Position numbers and translations under genes: made by a program. Positions 18,111 to 27,417 of a DNA stretch of 32,000 bases are shown piece by piece. Below the pieces are notes generated by a model. That model saw only the letters and a list, made by a program, of their open reading frames with translations. It did not search any database and had not been told where the DNA came from. Every line of letters starts with the position of its first letter. The first letter of the stretch is position 1. Source of the stretch: Wolbachia endosymbiont of Litomosoides sigmodontis (GTDB lineage: Bacteria; Pseudomonadota; Alphaproteobacteria; Rickettsiales; Anaplasmataceae); the NCBI RefSeq assembly GCF_013365435.1, contig NZ_CP046577.1:480001-512000 (forward strand), written 5' to 3'.

Positions 18111-21100
18111 ATGTTTATACACTTGCGTGTTCATAGTGTTTATTCTTTACTTGAAAGTTCGGTTAAAATTGAGGAGCTGATAAGTCTTTGTTTGTGGAAC
18201 AAAATGCCGGCAGTTGCAATTACTGATTCGGGTAATTTATTTGGTTCACTTGAATTTTCAGAATACGCAGCAAGTAAAGGAATACAGCTAATAACAGGAT
18301 GTGATATTATAGTTAGGCATTCAGAACAAAATTTACCTATATTATTGCTTGCAAAAAATGAGCAAGGATACACTAATCTAGTTACTTTGGTAAGTGATTC
18401 TTTCAGAAAGCGTCAAAATAACAGCGATATTCCTTATGTTGATTTTGGTGAGCTATTAAATTTAAGCACAGGTCTGATCACTTTAGCTGGTGGATGTGAT
18501 GGAATATTAGCTCAGCTGTTATTAAAGCAAGATAAAGAAACAGTTGAAAAACTGCTTTCAGCGTTCAATGGTCACTTATATATTGAACTGCAGCGTCACG
18601 GGTCAAATAAAGAATTGGAGCTTGAAGAAACCTTGATAAACTTTGCTTACCAGCATAATATACCACTTGTTGCAACAAACGATGTATTTTTTCTAAATAG
18701 GTCTGACTATGAAGCTTATAATATATTAACGTGTATATCGGAAGGGAGTTATGCTCTGGAAAATAACAGAAATAAGCTAACTACTGAGCATTATTTTAAG
18801 TCTGTGGAGGAAATGGAAAAGCTGTTTAGTGATATTCCTGAAGCAATTCATAATACTTTAGTAATAGCTAAGCGGTGCTCTTACATGCCAAGAAGCAGGC
18901 AGCCTATTTTGCCTAAATTTCCTTGTCGAGAAAATAAAACTGAGAATGAAGAATTAAAGGAGCAAGCAACTGCAGGATTAAGGTTTCGTATTGCAAATGA
19001 AATAGACATAGACCTTAAACAATACTATGACCGGCTGAATTATGAACTAAGTGTAATAACTTCAATGAACTATGCTGGCTACTTTTTGATAGTTTCTGAC
19101 TTTATTCGCTGGAGTAAGGCAAATAGCGTTCCAGTTGGTCCAGGAAGGGGTTCAGGTGCTGGATCAATTGTTGCTTGGGCATTGCAGATTACAGACTTAG
19201 ACCCAATAAAATTTGGCCTGATCTTTGAAAGATTTTTAAATCCAGATCGTATATCGATGCCTGACTTTGATATTGATTTCTGCCAGGAAAAAAGGGACTT
19301 AGTTATTGGTTATGTTCAAAAGAAATATGGTTATGTTGCTCAAATAATTACTTTTGGTAAGTTACAAGCAAAGGCCGTGTTGCGTGATGTTGGAAGGGTA
19401 TTACAAATGCCTTACACTCAAGTGGATAAAATATCTAAAATGATTCCATTTAATCCAGTAAATCCTATAACTTTATCACAAGCAATAGAGTTTGATCAAA
19501 ACTTACAGAAAGAACGGGATAGTGATGAAGTAATTGCAAAGCTTCTTGATATTTCTCTTAAGCTTGAAGGAATATATCGCCACGTTTCAACTCATGCTGC
19601 TGGAATTGTGATATGTGATCAAAAATTAGAAAATTTCGTTCCTGTGTACTACGATCCAAACTCAGCTCTACCAATTACACAATACAGCATGAAGTATGTT
19701 GAGAAAGCTGGGCTGATAAAATTTGATTTTCTTGGACTTAGTACATTAACGCTAATAGATCACGTTCATCGTTTAATTAATCGCAATGGGAAAAAGATTG
19801 ACGTTTCCTCAATTTCCTTGAATGATTGCAAAACTTACGAAATGCTCTCAAACGGTGATTCAATTGGAGTATTTCAGCTTGAAAGTTCTGGGATGAGGGA
19901 AGCTTTAATCAAACTAAAGCCAGACTGCATTGAAGATATCATTGCATTAATCTCTCTTTATCGTCCAGGACCTATGGATAATATTCCAACTTACATCGCA
20001 AGAAAGCACGGACTTGAAAAACCAGATTATATTCATCCATTACTTGAAAGTGTATTAAAAGAAACATTTGGAGTGATAATCTATCAAGAACAGGTGATGG
20101 AGATAGCACGCATTCTTTCTGGATATAGTCTTGCAGAAGCGGATTTGCTAAGACGTGCTATGGGTAAGAAAATTAAAGCAGAGATGGATAAACAACGTGA
20201 ACTTTTTATTCAAGGGGCAACAAAAAATGGCGTTGATTATGATAGGGCAAGTTATATTTTTGACCTTGTTGCAAAATTTGCTGGTTATGGGTTTAACAAG
20301 TCTCACGCAGCCGCATATGCAGTTATATCTTATCAAACGGCTTATCTTAAAGCTAATTATCCGTTAGAATTTTTTACGGCCTTAATGAATCTGAATATCG
20401 ATGATAGAGATAAATTGAATTTGTTTTATCATGCTGCGAAATTTAGTGGTGTTTCTATTCTTTTGCCTGACATAAGAAAATCTAAGGCTGAATTCTCAAT
20501 AGAGGGCAAGCACATACGCTACGGTATTGCTGCTCTGCGCAATGTTGGTTTTTCTATAGCAGAAGGGATAGTGAATACACGTTCAAGCGCTTATAAGGAC
20601 ATATGGGAGTTCATTCAAAATTCAGGTTATATAATAAATAAAAGAGCACTGGAAAGCCTAATTAAGTCCGGAGCATGTGATAGTGTGCATAAGAACAGAA
20701 AACAACTATACGAATCAATGGACACACTGATTTACTTTGCGAATAAAAATAGACAGGATAGAGAATCAAATCAAGCTGTTTTGTTTGATAATTTTGATGT
20801 TCTAAAGCCGAAACTTAAGGAAGTAAAAGATTTTAATGAAGAAGAAAAATTAGAGCATGAGTTATTTTCGCTAGGGTTTTATTTAACTAGCCATCCACTT
20901 GAAAAGTTTAGAACTTTTCTTGAGAAGCTAAATATTGGATTTATTGGAAAGAATAAGACAGCAAAGACTGCTGGTGTAATATTAAATATGCGTATGAGAA
21001 CCTCAGCGCGTGGGAGATTTGTTATACTTACGCTTTCTGATCCTCATAATGTTTCTGAAATAGCGTTCTACAATAATGAAGTAATAGAGGAGAAAAGGAA

Positions 21101-21452
21101 TTTATTTTCGCCTGGAACATTTGTGATAATTGATCTTAAAACTTCGGAGAATACAACAAGATTAGTGGGAATGGATATATCAGAATTTACAGAAAAGACT
21201 GCCTCTATAATGAAAAGTTTAATTTTAACTACTGAATGTGCTGATTCACAAAAAGCTGCTATGGAGTTAAATTCAGTATTAAAAGGTGGCAATGGCAAAA
21301 CTAAAATAATGCTCAGACTTCTCTGTGAAAAGAATACAGTGAATATCTTGCTGCCTGGTACATATCTAATTACCCCTCAAGCTGTTTATGAAATATCTAA
21401 CTTAAGCTGGATTAAAGGCATAGAAATTGATACAAATGGCTTGCTTATCTGA
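18111..21452 (+). CDS. dnaE: DNA polymerase III alpha subunit
   Basis: About 1113 aa. PHP domain N-terminus (FIHLRVHSVYSLLESS), polymerase core blocks (GPGRGSGAGSIVAWAL, PDFDIDF, GLIKFDFLGL). The ORF track starts at TTG 18108, but ATG 18111 is preferred. Confidence 0.95.
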   Translation: MFIHLRVHSVYSLLESSVKIEELISLCLWNKMPAVAITDSGNLFGSLEFSEYAASKGIQLITGCDIIVRHSEQNLPILLLAKNEQGYTNLVTLVSDSFRKRQNNSDIPYVDFGELLNLSTGLITLAGGCDGILAQLLLKQDKETVEKLLSAFNGHLYIELQRHGSNKELELEETLINFAYQHNIPLVATNDVFFLNRSDYEAYNILTCISEGSYALENNRNKLTTEHYFKSVEEMEKLFSDIPEAIHNTLVIAKRCSYMPRSRQPILPKFPCRENKTENEELKEQATAGLRFRIANEIDIDLKQYYDRLNYELSVITSMNYAGYFLIVSDFIRWSKANSVPVGPGRGSGAGSIVAWALQITDLDPIKFGLIFERFLNPDRISMPDFDIDFCQEKRDLVIGYVQKKYGYVAQIITFGKLQAKAVLRDVGRVLQMPYTQVDKISKMIPFNPVNPITLSQAIEFDQNLQKERDSDEVIAKLLDISLKLEGIYRHVSTHAAGIVICDQKLENFVPVYYDPNSALPITQYSMKYVEKAGLIKFDFLGLSTLTLIDHVHRLINRNGKKIDVSSISLNDCKTYEMLSNGDSIGVFQLESSGMREALIKLKPDCIEDIIALISLYRPGPMDNIPTYIARKHGLEKPDYIHPLLESVLKETFGVIIYQEQVMEIARILSGYSLAEADLLRRAMGKKIKAEMDKQRELFIQGATKNGVDYDRASYIFDLVAKFAGYGFNKSHAAAYAVISYQTAYLKANYPLEFFTALMNLNIDDRDKLNLFYHAAKFSGVSILLPDIRKSKAEFSIEGKHIRYGIAALRNVGFSIAEGIVNTRSSAYKDIWEFIQNSGYIINKRALESLIKSGACDSVHKNRKQLYESMDTLIYFANKNRQDRESNQAVLFDNFDVLKPKLKEVKDFNEEEKLEHELFSLGFYLTSHPLEKFRTFLEKLNIGFIGKNKTAKTAGVILNMRMRTSARGRFVILTLSDPHNVSEIAFYNNEVIEEKRNLFSPGTFVIIDLKTSENTTRLVGMDISEFTEKTASIMKSLILTTECADSQKAAMELNSVLKGGNGKTKIMLRLLCEKNTVNILLPGTYLITPQAVYEISNLSWIKGIEIDTNGLLI

Positions 21453-21500
21453 AAAAGTTATATATAATGAAATATTTAATCAAAATTAAAGGAAAGTATA

Positions 21501-22283
21501 GTGAATTTTTATGAATTTACTTTCATAGCGCAACAGGGGTTATTGCAGCAAGAAGTAGAAGGAATGGCTCAGGAGCTAGGTGTTTTGTTAAGAAGTATTA
21601 AAACAGATATTATGTTACAGCAAATTAAGGGTGTTTTGGAAAAGGGAAATGACAATTTTACAAAACGAAGTTTAGAAATGCATGCTAAAGATATTCAAGA
21701 AAATCTAATTTTTTACTCTAATTTATTGGAAAGTTTTGAAAAGATTTTATGGATTGAACTAGAAGAAGATCTTTCAAATTTGAAAGAAGTAAAATTGAAA
21801 ATTAGCGAAGAATTGAAAAATGACCTAAAAGGTTTAGGAATAGTACAAGATTTTATAAGGCCCACAGATGGTGGTAAGCAAATTGCTAAGAATACATTTA
21901 TTTGCAATGCGGTCAGTCCTTTAAAGGAAGCTGTTTTAAAGTACCTCATGAAGACTTTTCAAAGGATTTTACAAGATTTTGGGATGGCGAGATCAAGCCA
22001 ATTTGATAAAATATTAGAGATGCTTTTAGACAACATTGAAGCTTTAGGGTTGATAAAATATGAATACTGGGGTTTATTAGATTTTGCATACCCAATAAAT
22101 AAGATGAAAAGTGGTCATTATTGTATGATGTGCATAAGTTCTACCTCAAGCATTATGAATGAGTTTGTGCGTAGAATAAAGCTCAATGAGAACATTGTTC
22201 GCCACTTATCTGTGCATGTCGATAAATTTTTTGAAGGTAAGTCTTATATGATGAATAAACAAATTGAGGAACAAAGCGCATAA
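21501..22283 (+). CDS. rpsF: 30S ribosomal protein S6 carrying a roughly 140-aa internal insertion
   Basis: GTG start with AGGAAAG upstream. Residues 1-33 ([13 protein letters not shown]...) and 181-245 ([30 protein letters not shown]...IVRHL) align with the two halves of canonical S6. Sits in rpsF-rpsR-rplI order. Confidence 0.85.
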   Translation: MNFYEFTFIAQQGLLQQEVEGMAQELGVLLRSIKTDIMLQQIKGVLEKGNDNFTKRSLEMHAKDIQENLIFYSNLLESFEKILWIELEEDLSNLKEVKLKISEELKNDLKGLGIVQDFIRPTDGGKQIAKNTFICNAVSPLKEAVLKYLMKTFQRILQDFGMARSSQFDKILEMLLDNIEALGLIKYEYWGLLDFAYPINKMKSGHYCMMCISSTSSIMNEFVRRIKLNENIVRHLSVHVDKFFEGKSYMMNKQIEEQSA

Positions 22284-22558
22284 TGACAAAGAAGCGAAAT
22301 AATTTTACTGATTCTTATGTATCTGTAAATAATAGAACTGGGTTTAAGCGTTCTAAAGTTTGTCCTCTTGCTACTTTTAGAGATGAAGACATAGACTATA
22401 AGAATACAGATTTATTATCAAGGTTTACCTCTGACTATGGTAGAATATTACCTAGGAGATTAACAGGGGTATGTGCAAAAAAACAAAGAAAATTGCGCTT
22501 AGCAATCATAAGAGCACGTTTTTTGGCTCTTGTTCCTTACTGTACTAAAAAAGTTTAG
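22283..22558 (+). CDS. rpsR: 30S ribosomal protein S18
   Basis: 91 aa. [50 protein letters not shown] matches the S18 core. TAATG overlap with rpsF. Confidence 0.95.
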   Translation: MTKKRNNFTDSYVSVNNRTGFKRSKVCPLATFRDEDIDYKNTDLLSRFTSDYGRILPRRLTGVCAKKQRKLRLAIIRARFLALVPYCTKKV

Positions 22559-22565
22559 GTAGTAT

Positions 22566-23045
22566 ATGTTAGTAATTTTGAAAGAAAATATTAGAACTCT
22601 TGGTAAATTGGGTGAAATTGTAAAAGTAAAGCCTGGTTACGCACGTAATTTTCTTTTTCCACAAAGGAAAGCAGTAAAAGCTACTAAGGAAGGTATAGCA
22701 AAACTGGAGGAGCAGTGTTCTTTTTTAGAAGAAGAGAATATAAGAAAATTGAAGTTGGCAAGGGAGCTAGCAGCGTCTCTTGCTGGTAAGTTTGTGGTAT
22801 TGGTAAAGCAAGCTTCTGAAGATGGTAAGATTTTTGGTTCTGTAACAACAAGGGAAGTTGCAAAATCTTTGTCGCAAGAGTATGAAGTTGATCACCGTAA
22901 AATATCTTTTAATGGAGTAAAGATAAGAAATTTAGGTGAGTATCGAGTAAATATAGAGCTTCATAGTGAAGTAGTAGTACAAGTTGCTGTGCATGTTGTA
23001 AGGTCAGAAATAGATGCACATGAGTTGAAGCAGGTAAAATCGTAA
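22566..23045 (+). CDS. rplI: 50S ribosomal protein L9
   Basis: 159 aa. N-terminal VILKENIRTLGKLGEIVKVKPGYARNFLFPQRKA is the L9 signature. Confidence 0.95.
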   Translation: MLVILKENIRTLGKLGEIVKVKPGYARNFLFPQRKAVKATKEGIAKLEEQCSFLEEENIRKLKLARELAASLAGKFVVLVKQASEDGKIFGSVTTREVAKSLSQEYEVDHRKISFNGVKIRNLGEYRVNIELHSEVVVQVAVHVVRSEIDAHELKQVKS

Positions 23046-23234
23046 AAGCCAAAAATTTAATAACAAGAGAAGGAACAGAATGAAGTTAGAGCAGCTACTG
23101 ATAGTAATAAAGTTGATCAAAAGTAATCTTTTATTATAACTATGAGAAAATGTTTTTCATAGCTAAATTAGTGCTATTTCAGTATTTAGCACTGTGGGTT
23201 AGTATACTTAGAAACAAAAAGTGGAGGTCATTCT

Positions 23235-24530
23235 ATGATACCTCGTTATAGCCGTAAAGAGATATCTGCTATCTGGGAGGAAAATAATAAATTCAACATA
23301 TGGCTCAAAATAGAAAGGTTAGCATGTGAGGCTCAAGCAAAGTTAGGGGTAATTCCAAGTAATGTTGCTCAAAAGCTTTCTTGTCCTATTAAATTTGATG
23401 TTGAACGTATTAACGAGATTGAATCTACTGTAAAACACGATGTTATAGCATTTTTAACTTATATCGCTGAAAAAGTGGGAGTTGATGTACGTTACCTCCA
23501 CTACGGGATGACAAGCTCTGATGTATTAGACACATGCTTTGCTGTACAGCTAAAAGAGTCATGTAATATTCTACTTGAGAATCTAAAAAATTTACTTATA
23601 GTGTTAAAAAAAAAAGCTGAGGACTATAAAGTTACTGTATGTGTTGGGCGCAGTCACGGAATGCATGCAGAGCCAACAACGCTTGGGTTAAAATTTACTA
23701 GATTTTATGCAGAATTTAAACGTGGTTATCAAAGATTAGTTAATGCACAAAAAGAAGTTTCAATTTGCAAAGTATCAGGTGCGGTAGGTAATTTTGCAAA
23801 TATTGATCCGTTTGTTGAGGAATATGTGGCAAAAGGGATGGAACTCATACCAGAGACCGTATCGTCTCAAATAATTCCTCGTGATAGACATGCCATGTTC
23901 TTTTCAATTTTGGGAGTAATTGCAAGCTCAATAGAAAATGTTGCTGTTGAAATTCGTCACTTGCAAAGAACTGAGATTGGGGAAATTTCTGAATATTTTT
24001 CTACTGGACAGAAAGGAAGCTCTGCTATGCCACATAAGTGCAATCCTATTTTAAGCGAGAATTTAACTGGACTCTCACGTTTAATACGTAGTTACGTATT
24101 TCCTGCGTTAGAAAATGTTGCATTGTGGCATGAACGAGATATATCACATTCATCTGTGGAAAGATATATTGCTCCTGGTGCTTGCATAATAATGGATTTT
24201 GCTTTAGTGCGATTAACGGATTTGATAGACAAATTGGTGATTAATAAAGAAAATCTTGCAAAGAACTTAAATTCTTCAAAAGGTTTAATTTTCTCACAGC
24301 GTGTATTACTTGAATTAGTAAATAGTGGTTTAGCAAGGGAAGAGGCGTATAAAATTGTTCAGGGTAATGCAATGAAAGTAAAAAAAAAGGACAACAGTGA
24401 TTTTTTATTCGAATTGAAACAAGACAGGTCTTTACTTGAAATCATTAACTCTGAAGAACTTGAATCTTTATTTGATTTAAAATATTATACGAAATATGTG
24501 GATTATATATACAAAAAGGTCTTTGACTAG
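23235..24530 (+). CDS. purB: Adenylosuccinate lyase
   Basis: 431 aa. Fumarate-lyase signature GSSAMPHKCNP and an MIPRYSR...IW N-terminus typical of PurB. Confidence 0.93.
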   Translation: MIPRYSRKEISAIWEENNKFNIWLKIERLACEAQAKLGVIPSNVAQKLSCPIKFDVERINEIESTVKHDVIAFLTYIAEKVGVDVRYLHYGMTSSDVLDTCFAVQLKESCNILLENLKNLLIVLKKKAEDYKVTVCVGRSHGMHAEPTTLGLKFTRFYAEFKRGYQRLVNAQKEVSICKVSGAVGNFANIDPFVEEYVAKGMELIPETVSSQIIPRDRHAMFFSILGVIASSIENVAVEIRHLQRTEIGEISEYFSTGQKGSSAMPHKCNPILSENLTGLSRLIRSYVFPALENVALWHERDISHSSVERYIAPGACIIMDFALVRLTDLIDKLVINKENLAKNLNSSKGLIFSQRVLLELVNSGLAREEAYKIVQGNAMKVKKKDNSDFLFELKQDRSLLEIINSEELESLFDLKYYTKYVDYIYKKVFD

Positions 24531-24605
24531 GCTGAGTAGCTCAGTTGGTAGAGCAGGAGGATCATAATCTCTTGGTCGTGGGTTCAATTCCCTCCTCAGC
24601 CACCA
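24530..24605 (+). tRNA. tRNA with CAT anticodon (elongator Met or lysidine-modified Ile2; not initiator-like), CCA encoded
   Basis: 76-nt hand-folded cloverleaf. Acceptor GGCTGAG/CTCAGCC, D arm GCTC-AGTTGGTA-GAGC, anticodon arm GGAGG-ATCATAA-TCTCT, variable loop TGGTC. T arm GTGGG-TTCAATT-CCCTC has one U-U mismatch. The anticodon and variable region resemble E. coli ileX. It lacks the three G-C pairs and the 1-72 mismatch of initiator tRNA. Confidence 0.85.
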
Positions 24606-24689
24606 ATTATATTAATTTTAATATACTACAAAGCCAGCAAAAACTGCTTCCATGGTACTAGGTTAGTTACACTCCATTAAATTAAAGAA

Positions 24690-24950
24690 ATTGCAAATGA
24701 GTTTCCTGCCTGTTATCTGTATGAGGTAAATGGGGAAAGTTTAAAAAATTAATAAGGCTATTATTAGTGAGTATCCTGAACAAGAGTTATTTTTCTTGAA
24801 AAGACGTTAGAACATAGTCTAAAATGAAATTAGCGAGCTTAATTCTATTAAGAGGTTTAGTTGTATATAAAATAGAATATTGTACATAATAAAGCTAATA
24901 TAATTGGTTTTCTTATTCTCACTTGCAATTGAATAACATGACCTTATTGT
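24690..24950 (+). mobile_element. Degenerate IS630-family relic, copy 3 (short, internally deleted)
   Basis: 24757-24800 (ATTATTAGTGAGTATCCTGAACAAGAGTTATTTTTCTTGAA) aligns with the reverse complement of copy 1 (ATTATTGGGTAAGCATCATGAATAAGAGTTATTTTTCTTTAA). GTTAGAACATAG... aligns with copy 1 and 2 GTGTTAGAACATAGG/GGTGTTAGGATACAGG. No intact ORF. Confidence 0.5.
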
Positions 24951-24958
24951 ATGTTATG

Positions 24959-25234
24959 TTACATAGATTGAGGATTATGTTTTATTTTCATGTTTATGTC
25001 TTGATCCAATGCAACTAATAAGTTGAGCAAGTATTCTAAAGAGAATCCTTCAATTTTTGACTTATTAATTTGAGATACTTTGGGCTGGTCAATCTTTAGA
25101 GCAATTGCTGCTTTTTTCTGTGTTCTATATCTCTTATTTATTAGCTGTGCAACAATCTTTATTAATTTCAGTTTCGTATCTTTTATATCATCTAACTCTA
25201 TTGTTATAGGATAATTTAATTGTAAATTTTGCAT
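24959..25234 (-). CDS. XRE-family HTH protein of the HTH_37 antitoxin type (HigA-like), with no adjacent toxin
   Basis: 91 aa. KLKLIKIVAQLINKRYRTQKKAAIALKIDQPKVSQINKSKIEGFSLEYLLNLLVALDQDINMKI fits the pattern L...i....glTQ.eaA..lgv.QPrvS.l..Gki..FSl..L...l..L. AGGAAG SD lies 9 nt upstream. Starts 25 nt after the rpmG stop on the same strand. Confidence 0.7.
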   Translation of the reverse strand: MQNLQLNYPITIELDDIKDTKLKLIKIVAQLINKRYRTQKKAAIALKIDQPKVSQINKSKIEGFSLEYLLNLLVALDQDINMKIKHNPQSM

Positions 25235-25259
25235 AGTAACAACTTCCTTGATAAAAAAA

Positions 25260-25460
25260 TTACTTTAGCCTTTCTTCTTTAAACAGTACATGCCTTCTGA
25301 CTACTGGGTCATACTTTCTAAACTCCAGTTTCCTAGTAAGCTTTTTTGGATTACGCTTTTTTATGTAAAAGTAGCCTGTTGATTTTTCTTCGCCTGTGCT
25401 TGTTATTTTTATTGCGCTGCTAATTAACTTTACAAGCAAAGAAGCATTTTTTTTTGCCAT
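25260..25460 (-). CDS. rpmG: 50S ribosomal protein L33 (with an 11-aa insertion)
   Basis: 66 aa. MAKKN...LVKLISSA...[39 protein letters not shown] matches the L33 core. It has no Cys pairs, so it is the C-minus form. Confidence 0.9.
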   Translation of the reverse strand: MAKKNASLLVKLISSAIKITSTGEEKSTGYFYIKKRNPKKLTRKLEFRKYDPVVRRHVLFKEERLK

Positions 25461-25556
25461 ATTTAATATAGTAATATAAATCCTTTATGAGTTTATTATA
25501 CAAAGTGCTAAAAGTCAATCATTTTGTGCCTTAGAACAATGTAAGTTGCAAAATTC

Positions 25557-25585
25557 TTGACAATCGACAGTACATTGAGTAACAT
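25557..25585 (+). promoter_or_regulatory. Candidate sigma70-type promoter for the Rne/Rng gene
   Basis: Perfect TTGACA (25557-25562), 17 nt spacer, TAACAT (25580-25585), about 37 nt upstream of the GTG start. Confidence 0.4.
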
Positions 25586-25622
25586 AAAGTTAATTTTGGA
25601 GTGCAAAGTAAACGGTAGATAA

Positions 25623-27395
25623 GTGATAAATGGTGGTAAGAGATTACTATTAATAGAAAATTCTATCTGTTCTGATGAAGTAAGAGTTGCTTTATCAGCT
25701 GACAATAGAGTTGTAGAATTTGAGCAAGAATTTAAAGAAAAAAGACAATTAAGAGGTAATATATATGTTGCTTGTGTAAAACGCATAGAGCCTTCCTTGC
25801 AAGCTGTATTTATTGAATATGGAAAAAACAAGCAAGGTTTTTTATCTTTTTCTGAGATATCTCCAGACTACTTCAATATTCCAGAAAAGGAAAAAGAGGC
25901 TTTCTTTGAAGGTTGCTCGAATGATGATTGTGCAGAGGAAAGTGTCAGTGTATCAACAAATATTTCTTCAGATTTAGTAATTAATAAGAATGTTAACGAA
26001 TCAGGTAATGGTTTTGCAAGAGAGGTGTCTCTATATAAGAGATACAAGTTGCAAGATGTTATTTCAGTAAATCAAAGATTATTGGTTCAGTTAACTAAGG
26101 AAGAACGAGGTAATAAAGGAGCTTCATTTACAACATATATAACTTTAGTAGGTAGATACTGTGTTTTCATGCCTAATTCCGTGAGTAAAGGTGGAATTTC
26201 CCGCAGAATTGAAGATGTTAGTGTCAGAAAGCAGTTAAAGGATATATTAAATTCAATAGAGTTGCCAAAAAGGTCTGGTTTAATAATAAGAACCATTGGC
26301 TCTGGGAAGAGTAAAAAAGAAATTGAGCAGGATTATAATTATTTATCTTCATTATGGCAGAATATTCAAAAAAGTGCTTCCTCTGTAAGTGTTCCATCAT
26401 TGATTTATAATGAAGCAGACCTAATTATGAGGTCTATTCGTGATTTTTGTAGCAATGATATGGAGGTTATAGTATCTGGAAAGGAAGCTTTTGAAACAGT
26501 AAGACAATATGCTAAAAATGCATTAAAAGGTAGTAAGTTACGTTACAGGTTGTATAGGGGTTTTATTCCAATCTTTACTTATTACGGAGTCGAAGAGCAA
26601 ATTTCTGAATTATACAGCAATAGAGTAAAATTGCCGTCTGGTGGATCTTTGATAATAACTTTAACTGAGGCATTTGTTTCAATAGATGTAAATTCAGGGA
26701 AGATGACAGGGGAAGATAGTATAGAAGAGACAGCTTATAGAACTAATATGGAAGCAGTGCCTGAAATATCAAGACAGGTAAATTTAAGAGGCTTATCTGG
26801 GTTGATAGTGGTAGATTTTATTGACATGTTAAGGTATCAGTATTGTAGAGCTGTTGAGTCTGCTATTAGGCAAGCATTTAAGGATGATAAAGCTAGAGTT
26901 CAATTTAGTTACATAAATGACTTTGGTTTAATGGTGTTTTCAAGGCAAAGAATAAAACCAAGTATACAAGAAATTAATACTACAGAGTGTTTGCACTGTA
27001 AAGGGGTTGGAAAGGTGAAGTCAAATGAGGTGATTGTTGCATCAATATTGAGAGATTTGCAATACATTGCTAGTAGAAATCGAAATAGATCATTTGATTT
27101 AGTAGCGCATGGTACAATTATAGCACATATTTTTAATAATAAACGCAGTACAGTATCTACAATCGAAAAAGAGTTTAATATCAAATTAAATGTTAATGCT
27201 GATAGCAATTTAAGTGTAGATACGTTCGTTTTGAAACGAGGGGATGACGTTAATTGGGGTGATTACAAGCCATTACAAAACTCTGGTTACAAGCTTGAAA
27301 GTAGCAGCAACGAAAGAGTCTCTGATTCAGAGAAATTACAAGGCAGTTTTTGGTTAACTAGGTGGCTTTCACGTATTTTGAATACTAATAGCTAA
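25623..27395 (+). CDS. rne: Ribonuclease E/G family endoribonuclease (catalytic domain only, no long C-terminal scaffold)
   Basis: 590 aa. N-terminal KRLLLIEN...EVRVALS, S1-domain start RGNIYVACVKRIEPSLQAVFIEYG interrupted by an insertion, then VSIDVNSG and LSGLIVVDFID catalytic blocks. GTG start is uncertain. Confidence 0.88.
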   Translation: MINGGKRLLLIENSICSDEVRVALSADNRVVEFEQEFKEKRQLRGNIYVACVKRIEPSLQAVFIEYGKNKQGFLSFSEISPDYFNIPEKEKEAFFEGCSNDDCAEESVSVSTNISSDLVINKNVNESGNGFAREVSLYKRYKLQDVISVNQRLLVQLTKEERGNKGASFTTYITLVGRYCVFMPNSVSKGGISRRIEDVSVRKQLKDILNSIELPKRSGLIIRTIGSGKSKKEIEQDYNYLSSLWQNIQKSASSVSVPSLIYNEADLIMRSIRDFCSNDMEVIVSGKEAFETVRQYAKNALKGSKLRYRLYRGFIPIFTYYGVEEQISELYSNRVKLPSGGSLIITLTEAFVSIDVNSGKMTGEDSIEETAYRTNMEAVPEISRQVNLRGLSGLIVVDFIDMLRYQYCRAVESAIRQAFKDDKARVQFSYINDFGLMVFSRQRIKPSIQEINTTECLHCKGVGKVKSNEVIVASILRDLQYIASRNRNRSFDLVAHGTIIAHIFNNKRSTVSTIEKEFNIKLNVNADSNLSVDTFVLKRGDDVNWGDYKPLQNSGYKLESSSNERVSDSEKLQGSFWLTRWLSRILNTNS

Positions 27396-27417
27396 CTGGA
27401 AATCCTATAAAAGGGAC

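Noticed and set aside
23169-23194. CIRCE-like inverted repeat TTAGTGCTA-N9-TTAGCACTG upstream of purB
   Set aside because: The half-sites resemble the HrcA operator (TTAGCACTC-N9-GAGTGCTAA) but are in swapped order, so the dyad geometry differs. The site precedes purB, which is not a heat-shock gene. No CIRCE is seen upstream of dnaK or clpB in this window.
23611-23625. A10 homopolymer in purB (also an A9 near 24377-24385, and A8 runs in ispE)
   Set aside because: Such tracts can cause slippage or phase variation. Here every tract is in frame within an intact, well-conserved ORF (encoding Lys runs), and this is expected in AT-rich genomes.
25508-25831. 107-aa minus-strand ORF spanning the rpmG-rne intergenic region and the rne start
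   Set aside because: It overlaps the conserved RNase E/G N-terminus and the candidate rne promoter, and has no recognisable motif. It is probably spurious.
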